Shown here piece by piece: positions 51,415 through 64,000 of a DNA stretch of 64,000 nt. Within the stretch, counting starts at the first letter, position 1. Each line of letters starts with the position of its first letter. Source of the DNA: the human T2T-CHM13v2.0 reference genome, Homo sapiens; the NCBI RefSeq assembly GCF_009914755.1, contig NC_060929.1; one strand, given 5' to 3'. Under the pieces are notes generated by a model. It searched no databases. It was not told the DNA's origin and worked only from the letters and a program-made list of their open reading frames with translations. The position numbers were made by a program, and so were the translations under genes.

Positions 51415-52048
51415 CTGCAACCATGCACATTTTCTTTTAAATCCATGCATTCCCACTGTTGGGACTAACTCAGGGCCATGTTTCAGCCCGAGTCTTTTCC
51501 TCTAAGGTATATTCTAGGTCATCTTCCACTAAATATGAGTTCAATAATATATGAACAGAGGCCACTATGAGCTACTTTAATCCCAGCAGAACCCTAGCTT
51601 TCTTTGCTCCAAGTTCTTCCAGCACTGTGCATACAGGGGCTCATTGAGAAGGATATTATCTCTGCAGAGTCTCGTTCCCCAAATCTCACCTTTCTTCAGC
51701 GTCGAAATCACAAAACCTTGGTTAAAGTTGTTCTTCTCAGGGTGATGCAGGCATTCTTTTCTGCCACCTATTTTCCTGTTCCAGGAGGAATTTGCCTATT
51801 TTCTCTAGCATTGAATATTATTCCTTCAGCCCTGGCTGAGGAATAGGATGAAGAAGAAAGTTGATCTTGGAGTGGAGAACACAGAGCAATCCAGCAGTAC
51901 TTGGTATTTTTAAGTCAGAAGTTTACATACTGAGGCTCTGTCTTGAGCCAGACACCCTAGAACTGAATCCCCGTCTTCACCAAGACAATGGTCTACTTAC
52001 TGGATCCCATACTTGTGCATTAGCCTTGCTCTTCTTGTGGGGATTTAT
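51415..52048 (-). pseudogene. Candidate exon cluster (52001-52048, 51690-51835, ~51415-51623)
   Basis: Donors CCA|GTAAGT, AAG|GTGAGA and CAG|GTAAAC; acceptor ctttcttcttcatcctattcctcag; peptide LNSYLVEDDLEYTLEEKTRAE at ~51482-51544. Confidence 0.5.
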
Positions 52049-52160
52049 CCATAAATAGGACAACAGCCCTTAAAGTTTAAGATTCTTTAGTGATCTTACG
52101 TCCTAAACCTTAGCTGTGTATATATGCTTTGATCAGTTTAACTACACCAGATGTTGGTGA

Positions 52161-52485
<325 letters not shown>

Positions 52486-52882
52486 AGAATTCCAACTTCT
52501 GAGTCATATGCTGCTAGGTTGGGCTTTGGACTCCAATTCTAATGTAGTCTACTCGTGATTCAATCAGGACTTTGTGGGTCCCCAAGGATTTCTCTTGTTT
52601 AGGTCAGAGGCAGACTGAAAGACTGTTCACCAAGAACTATACCCTAAATTCAGATCCGGAAATCCTATGACTTGAATGGAGTGAGGGGAACGTAAAGATG
52701 AATACAAGGAAAAATGAATCATAGGCATGAAAGGCATTTCTCAAAGAGGCCTAAATCTGAACTCATGTAAAACATAATCTCCTAAACTTTCCTAGGTCTG
52801 TAGTTGTGTTTTTGGAGTTAGTTTGGGGCATGAAAGCTGTATCAGAAGGATACACAGCATCCAAGCACTATGTTCATCTTAC

Positions 52883-53304
<422 letters not shown>

Positions 53305-53643
53305 CTAGCAAAGAAAAAATTAGGGAGAAGTCCAGGATAACTTCTGAATGCCTTGTAAGATGGGGGTACCAAAACCCCAGACAAACAATGTAAGAGAGAA
53401 TGTGATGATTTCAGTTTTGGTTTGTAGTTGTCTGTAATATTCAGGAATAGATGTCTAGCAGGTGGTTGGATATACTGGTCTGAAATCAAATTACAGAGAG
53501 TTCTGGGATAGGGATAAAGATTTGTGAGGCAGAAGCCAAAAAGGTAGTAACTGAAAGCTTGAGATGATCTTTAGATCTTCTGCAACCCTATTATTCTATA
53601 ATTATTGCTTTTCATGTTGATGACAAATTTAATTTTTGCCTAC

Positions 53644-53942
53644 CAGTTGAGTGCATAATGTTTTAAATGGGCAGAAATAAGTGCCACTCTTCTTTTGTAT
53701 CTTCTGTGACATAATGCATCGATTCTGTATTTAACTGTTCTATGTGAGGATACTCTTTTAAAGAATGTTAATTGGTGCAGAAAAGGAAAAGGAGTGGAGT
53801 ACTGTTGAAGATTCTGATGTGAAGCTCCTCAGCAGCACCTCTCATTTTCAGGCAGATGTTTTACTTTGACTTTTAATGTCTTTGGTTAGGAATATTTCTC
53901 ATAATGGAATGGAGAATATATTCATCATAATATTTGAAATTC
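53644..53942 (-). pseudogene. Candidate exon (299 nt)
   Basis: Acceptor ttttaatttttcaacag, donor CTG|GTAGGC; several stops. Confidence 0.3.
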
Positions 53943-54074
53943 CTGTTGAAAAATTAAAATTTCTTATTCCCTTTCAGAGCTACTATGTTATGATATCTCA
54001 AACTAATATTTGAGACTCCTTGGCTTGATAACTATGATTCCATTGAAGATGACTATTGAGGTAATCAACTCTTT

Positions 54075-54246
54075 AACAATTCTCAAACTTTAGTATACAT
54101 GTCAGTCAGCTGGGTACTTACTAAAAATATGGATTCACACCTATTCTCCATCCCTAGTTTTGTTTAGTAAGTCTAGGAAAAGGCCAACATATTTGCATTT
54201 TAATAAACACTTGTACCTGTGATTACCTGATTACACATTGAGAAAT
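54075..54246. mobile_element. MER5-type hAT MITE
   Basis: ttctcaaacttt...tttgcattttaataa...acattgagaaa. Confidence 0.6.
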
Positions 54247-54295
54247 AATATTTATTTCTTAGTATTACCCTAGAAATTCCAGGAGAAGTGTAGAA

Positions 54296-54788
54296 TAGGA
54301 TTTCTTAAAACCTGAGATCCAAACATCCCAAAGGAGCCTGTGAATAAAATTTAAAGTGTTCACGAACTTGGGTGGGGTAAAATACATCTTTATTTTCAGT
54401 AACTCCTAATTAAACCTAACATTAAAAAAATTGTAAATGTAGACAACAAAGCACAGTATTAACTTTGTCATCAGCAGAAAACACTGAAATTTTTATATTG
54501 CATTGGAGTTGCTGCAAATATCTTGAAGTGTTGTTTATAACCATCACTACTTAAAAATTATGGTAGTTACCAGACTGCCATTAGATTTCATTTAATTTAA
54601 TAAAGAAGCATATGTATTACTCTAAAATTAAATTTGAAAACATTTTGAAAACTGTGTCTTGATAAAATTGGTTTCTTTCATAATCCTACATATTTCTAAA
54701 AGCATTTACAAATTATTACAAGAATAGTCCATAGGCTTTGCTAAAATATTTAAAAGCTCGATGGCACTAGAAGGTTAAGAATCTTAGT
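54296..54788 (+). mobile_element. MER113 hAT-Charlie element
   Basis: gaacttgggtgg..tacatctttattttca...taataaagaagcatat...gtccataggctt...aggttaagaa. Confidence 0.75.
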
Positions 54789-55610
54789 GTAGGAAAGAAT
54801 AGTTCCTTATTAAGACATTAGGGAGGTATATTACTTAATTCCATGGGGAAAATCACAAATACTTATAGATCAGATGAGATTTTTGACTCAGTCTCCATTT
54901 CCCCTTTCCTGATGAATTTTTCACTTTTCAATATCTCTTCTCATGGACTACATATCTTCCCCGATTTGTTTACTCCTCCTCAACAGTTGAATGGCTCTGT
55001 TTTCCATCAACGATGACAGCTTTTAATCACAGATCTCAAGCCCATTATGAACATTAATTAATGTCTGACATCGCTTAATGAGGTAGGTAAAAACTATTAC
55101 TGTTTCATAGATGGGAAAATCAGGTTTAGGCAAGTTTGGTGGCTTGTTCTTAGGCAACCCAAGAAATTGTGGCTCATTTCCAAAATCCAATGCTTATTCT
55201 CCTCACAGGCAAATGATGTTTTTTTTTCTTTCACAGTATACCAATCTGTTGCAAAACCTATTTTGCAAAAAATAGATTATTGATATAGGCGTGGAAATAA
55301 TCTTTCTTAAGGCAGAAACATTTGATGGTATCAATATTCATACTGCTTCAACCCAACAATGTATTGGTTGGGTTTTCTCTGAAAAATAATAGATGTCTTG
55401 GTTGGAGGGAAAAAGCCCCTGCTCAAATAAACCATTAAAACCACTATCCATTGTTTTGAATACAATAAAAGTCGATTTTAAAAGAAGAGAAAAAACCCAC
55501 TACCCATTTTGAAATAAAGCAGTTAGTTTCTTCTTGTATTTAGAAACTCTACCCAGTAAGAGTCGGAGAGGAACAAAGTGAACATTAGTTATCAAAATGC
55601 ATTGACTTAC

Positions 55611-55858
55611 CTTTTGCTCTTAAGACACCACACACAGTCGGTAAGTACTTTTGTCTTTTTGTGGTAACTTTGTTTTCTATGGACTCATGTTGCTTTGATC
55701 AATGGTATTTGTGTGCCTCGTCTTAATCTAACTTTTTTGTTGTTTGACCAGTCCATCTGGCTTGACAGGCTAATGTGAAAAATTTGAAAATTGTTTGTGA
55801 TTTGTCTTTTTAAATAGCATTTGCTCTTCTCTTGTTGTTTTGCTAAATCCTCACTTGC
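55611..55858 (-). pseudogene. Candidate exon (248 nt)
   Basis: Acceptor ttccttctgtttgccttatttgccag, consensus donor AAG|GTAAGT; 57 open codons from the acceptor. Confidence 0.45.
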
Positions 55859-56649
55859 CTGGCAAATAAGGCAAACAGAAGGAATATGATTTGGAATAGT
55901 TGAATAAATAAATATTTGAGAGAGAAAGGAAAGCTTATTTTTTATAGAAAAATCCAATTAATATATGAGAAAAGAATGAGGAAACTTTAAAATTTCCAAT
56001 AGACAAACACAATTGTTGCAGGTAAAATATGTGGAAGGATTCTAAAATCAGTGGGAAAAAGTTTGAGGAAAAAGAAGATATTTGCATAGTCTCAAATTAT
56101 TACCCCTAACATACTTATTAATAATGGGAAAAGAGGGATAATTACATGGAGAAATTTGGCAGATACCACCATGTCTCCTGATATTCTCTAAAATTAGTAG
56201 GCCTTAATAAATATATTAACTTTTCTCTCAAGCCATCTCTTCCTGCTCTATATTCGATTTTCATTTAAATTATTAACAATTAGCCAATTTCTTGAGCTAG
56301 AATTATCAGAATAACCTTTGACCTCTCTTTCAAGACCTACTGTCCCTTCCTTCCTTCCTTCCCATAACTATTTGCCAGATTCTCTATTAGTCACTGAGAG
56401 CACTATTGTGAAAGAGCAGACATGGCCAGTTAATACTCATGGAGTTTACAACATAGTGGGGAATATACATAAGAAACATAATACATAAATAAAATAATTA
56501 CAACATGTAAGAGATGCCATAAAGAAAATATAGAGGGTAATATGGTAGAAATTTACTGAGATAAAAATATTGAAGAAGGCTAATTCAGCTAAGCCTTCTG
56601 AAGCTGAGACCTGAAAGATGAGAAAGTTATGTCAAATGCTGCTAAGAAG

Positions 56650-57985
56650 TCCAACAATTAACAACATTAAAATCTTTTGCTCTGAAAAAGACACTGGTAG
56701 AAAATGAAGACAAACCTACAGACTGGAAGAAAACATTTAAAGTCACACTTCTGACCAAAAAAACCACCAGCAGCCCCACCACCACCACCACCAACAACAA
56801 CAAGAACCTGTGTTCAGAATATATAAAGAATGCTCAAAATTCAACAATTAAAAAAACAAAAATATAAACAAATCAACTCAAAAAGATATGTTGATGGTAA
56901 ATAAGCATATGAAAAGATATGGTACTCATTATGGAAATGCAAAGTATGATCACAATGAAATGCCCAAAATACCTATGAGAATAGAGAAAAATTCCTGATA
57001 TTACCAAATGTTGGTGAGGATGTGGATCAACTGGAATCCTCATATTTTGCTGTCATAGCCACTTTGAAAAACAATTTGACAACCTCGTTGATTTAAGCAG
57101 ATTTAAACGATACTTACCATCATATATTCTATCATGTAAGAACATACTTTTCATAATGCAGGAGTCTGACTCTCAGATATTTACCCAAGATTTATGAAAG
57201 GTTATGTTCACACTGAAATCTGTACATGAATGTTTATTGCAGTTTTATTTGTAGTTGTCAAAACCTGGAAACAATTCAAACTTGAATAAATGAATTAGCA
57301 ATTTGTGGTATATCTATACATTGGAACTCTTCTTAGCAATAAAATATGGGAAATATGATGGATTCATGTAGCAACATGAATGAATCTCAAATATATTTTG
57401 TGAAAGTGAAAGAAGATAGAAGCAAAAAAATTTATATTGTATGATTTTACATATTTAACATTCTAAACAAGGCAAAAATATTAAGATGGGAGACAAATCA
57501 GTGGTTGCCACGAGTAGGGTAGAGATGGAGGCTCACCATAAAGAGGAAGCAGGAAGGAATTTGGGGAGTGATGAAACTATTTTTTTTTTTTTGAGATGGA
57601 GTCTTGCTCTGTTGCCCAGGCTGGAGTGCAGCAGCATGATCTCAGCTCACTGCAACCTCCGCCCTCCTGGATTCAAGCGATTCTCCTGTCTCAGCCTCCT
57701 GAGCAGCTGGGATTACAAGTGCAGGACACCACTCCCAGCTAATTTTTGTAGACATGGGGTTTCACCATGTTGGCCAGGCTGGTCTCGAACTCCAGACCTT
57801 AAGTGATCTGCCCATCTCGGCCTCCAAAAGTGCTGGGATTACAGGTGAGAGCCACTGTGCCCAGCCTGATGAAACTGTTTGGTATATGACCGTGATGATG
57901 CTCTATGAATTTGTCAAAATTCATAGAAATATGAATTATAATAAGTGAGTTTATATAAATTTTAAATCTAAAATTTTTTAAAAGT
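56650..57985 (+). mobile_element. Old L1M 3' region with AluS (57581-57866, minus)
   Basis: taccaaatgttggtgaggatgtgga...atgaatctcaaa; Alu TSD tgatgaaact. Confidence 0.75.
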
Positions 57986-58619
57986 TAAGCAAAATAAGAA
58001 TTGAGAAAAGACTTTTCGAGTTTTTCATTATGCATTTCATGGGTGACTGAGCAGTTTTGATGAAGTGGGGCTAATTGAATCCAAATTGCATTATGTTTAA
58101 GAGGAAGTGAAGTAAGTAAATGGAAACATGTATGTGGACTTTTCTAGAAGTTTGGCTATAAAGGGGAGAAGGGAGGTAGATGGATGAGAATGTGAGCTTC
58201 TAATAAATTTTAATTTTTTGGGATGAGACCAATTAGAAATAAAACTAATAAAAATGTGCAAGACCTCTACTGAGAACATTACAAAATTTAATAGAAGATA
58301 TAAAATTTCCAAATAAGTAGATGCATCATGTTCACTGATGAGATGACTTAATGCTACAAAAATCTAATTGTTCCCTTAATTAATTTATAAATCCAAACAA
58401 TCTCAATAAAAATGCTAATATGTGTGTGTGTATATGCATGTGTGTACTTTGCCAAATGGATTCCAAAATTCATTAGGACAAGCAAATGTATAAGAATGGC
58501 CAAAATAATCTTTGACAATATTAGGAATTACTTTATCAGTTTTGAGGACACATTATAAAGCTATATTAATAGAAACACTGTGGAACTGGTTCAGGAATAG
58601 ACATCCGATTTTGAGATAG

Positions 58620-61305
<2,686 letters not shown>

Positions 61306-61309
61306 TAAT

Positions 61310-62330
61310 AGTGTTTCTCCAAGTATGATCCATGAAACCATAGGGATCTCCAAGACCCTTTCAGGGGATCTATAAGGCCAGAACAATTTTTAAAACAGAA
61401 CTAAGACATTACTTGCCATTTTCTTTGTGTTTACATTTATACTGATAATGCAAAAGCAATGCTGGGTCAAACCTCTGTCTCCTTAGCACAAATCAAGGCA
61501 GGGGCACCAAACTGTACTGAGTTATAAGATTCTTGGCCACTGGGGACTCAGAAAAAAATGTAGTTTCACATCAAGAATATAGTGATGAGGTAGTAAAAAT
61601 GATTACTTAGTAATTTTTTTTTTTGAGATGGAATCTTGCTGTGTTGCCCAGGCTGGACCCTAATTCCTGGGCTCAAGGGATCCTCCTGTCTCAGCTTCCC
61701 AAGTAGCTGGGACTACAAGTAAATGCTACCATGCCCAACTAATTTGATTAAATATTAACCCTTTAGTACATGGCTTCTAAATATTCTGTGTGGCAAATAA
61801 GTCATTCATATAGCACTTTTGCTGCGTACAAAAATACAATATTTGTCTTGTGGAAAAGCATTTGTGTGATGAAGTTGTGGGCCAAACTAGCTGATTTTTT
61901 TCATGGGGCACTATTTTTACTTGAAAGAACAATTGACAGACAAATTAGGATTATTCAGACTTGGATATTTGGCAGACATTTTCTCAAAAATGAATGCAGT
62001 AAGACTGTCATCTCAAGGAAAACAACTGACAGTATTTTGTTATCAATAAAAAAAAAATGTAAGCTTTCAACTAAGAGTTAGTGTTTTAGAAAACCATCCA
62101 GTACTCTGAGCATGAAAACTTCACAATTAAGATGTTAAAAATAATGTTAATGTGATATTAGTGATTGTCATTTTATTTTATTGTACAATGAAATGTGTCA
62201 CTACTTGGAAGGTCTGAATAACTCAGTAATGCAATATTTTCCAAATGTTCAAAGCATGATGTTACAAAATCATGAAAGTTTCATTTAAAGTGCAAGTTAG
62301 GCCAATAGTTTTAATGTAACACAGTATATT
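61310..62330 (+). mobile_element. Charlie1-type hAT transposon remnant
   Basis: LGYLADIFSKMNAVRLSSQGK transposase-like motif (~61960-62020). Confidence 0.75.
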
Positions 62331-62577
62331 GAATAACAAATTTAAATAAAAGGCAAAAGACAAATTGAGAAAACTATTTCAACACATATTAACACTGTCA
62401 GAAATAGCACTTTATATTATTTTAATAAGTATAATAGATCATTGAGTTATTTCTACTTGTTCGGGTATAGAAATGAAATAGTTTTTTTTTTTAAATTATT
62501 GTTTGAAAATGTGCTGTGTCGAAATTTCTTTTTCATCCCTTAGCACACTCTTGGGCAGATTCCAAAATCTTCTGGTT

Positions 62578-62886
<309 letters not shown>

Positions 62887-63425
62887 TGGTTTTTTTTTTA
62901 ATTAAATGTGTCCTGCATAGTTTCAAACCACCAGGTCATGTCTTCATTCCTAGTACTACCAAAAGCTGTGTTTCTGGCTACTGGGAGTGACTTCAAGAAA
63001 TGGGTAGAGGGATTAGAAAAATGCTACAAAAATAGTTCTTGAATAGCCAAAATAACTACTCTCTGAATTGTATTCTTCCTACTTCTTAGCAGTGTGCTTT
63101 GTATGGAGTGGAAGATGGGGGTGGGAAGATGCTGTAGGGCTATTTTGTAAACCTTGAGGGTAGAGAAAACTCTCTGTTCACAAATTTGATGGCATTTTTA
63201 TGTCTTTCTTTAGCATGTAGGATACTTGGCACCTCTGGACTTCAGCTTAAGTCTAAGCCTAGATTGAAGAGAGTAGAAAAGTCTACCTAACACCCTATTC
63301 TATAAGAAAAATACTAATACTACAATAGAAAAATGACAAAAGATCCTAAGCAGAAAATCCACAAAAATACAAATCACTAATAAACATTTGCAATCTTAGG
63401 AAATCCAAAATATTGTTGGACCAGT

Positions 63426-63773
63426 TGATATGGTTTGGCTGTGTCCCCACCCATATCTCATCTTGAATTCCCACATGTTGTGGGAGGGAAACAGTGGGAG
63501 GTAATTGAATCAAGAGGGCAGGTCTTTCCTGTGCCATTCTTGTGATAGTGAGTAAGTCTCATGAGATCTGATGGTTATTATAAGGGGGTGTTTTCCTGCA
63601 CAAGCTCTCTTTGCCTGCTTCCATCCATGTAAGACGTGACTTGCTCCCCCTTCCACCATGATTTTGAGGCCTCCCCAGCCATGTGGAACTGTGAGTCCAA
63701 TAAACTTCTTTCTTTTGTAAATCGCCCAGTATCTGGTATGCCTTTATCAGCAGCACGAAAACAGACAAATACA
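63426..63773 (+). mobile_element. THE1B solo LTR
   Basis: tgatatggtttggctgtgtcccc...aaataca; 5-bp TSD ccagt at 63421-63425 and 63774-63778. Confidence 0.9.
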
Positions 63774-63824
63774 CCAGTATGACAATTTTATATATCATAC
63801 TGCCATTAAAATTTATAATATCAA

Positions 63825-64000
63825 GGCTGGGTGCGGTGGCTCACGCCTGTAATCTCAGCACTTTGGGAGGCTGAGGCAGCAGATCAGCTGAGGTCAGGAG
63901 TTCAAGACCAGACTGGCCAACATGGTGAAACCCCATCTCTACTAAAAATACAAAAATTAGCTGGGTGTGGTGGCGTGCCCCTGTAGTTCCAGCTACCTGG
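63825..64000 (+). mobile_element. AluS, cut by the window end
   Basis: Left arm and part of the right arm. Confidence 0.9.

Noticed and set aside
53978-54060. Plus-strand exon (ccctttcag ... GAG|GTAATC)
   Set aside because: Isolated, moderate donor, no partner exons on that strand.

Overview
Primate (almost certainly human) genomic DNA, AT-rich and dominated by repeats: about 50 Alus, several L1 and HAL1 pieces, ERVL/MaLR LTRs, two decayed ERVL internal regions, and hAT and mariner DNA transposons. No intact protein-coding gene is visible; the ORF track is almost all Alu, L1 or ERV translation. One clear processed pseudogene is present (RPS9, ~9648-10362, + strand). The main result of the hunt is in the non-repetitive islands between ~17.7 kb and ~55.9 kb, and possibly out to ~63 kb. 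They repeatedly show minus-strand exon-like units: polypyrimidine tract plus AG, then a mostly open frame, then GTAAGT/GTGAGA/GTAGGT. Several neighbouring units are phase-compatible, and several translated fragments resemble RGS-domain helices. I read this as a candidate decayed multi-exon (unitary) pseudogene, possibly RGS22/RGSL1-like, with exons disrupted by L1, MSTB and Alu insertions; this needs alignment to confirm. Several fossil template-switch events, nested insertions and hairpins are also visible. Repeat subfamily names come from recalled consensus similarity, and boundaries are approximate unless a target-site duplication (TSD) is quoted.
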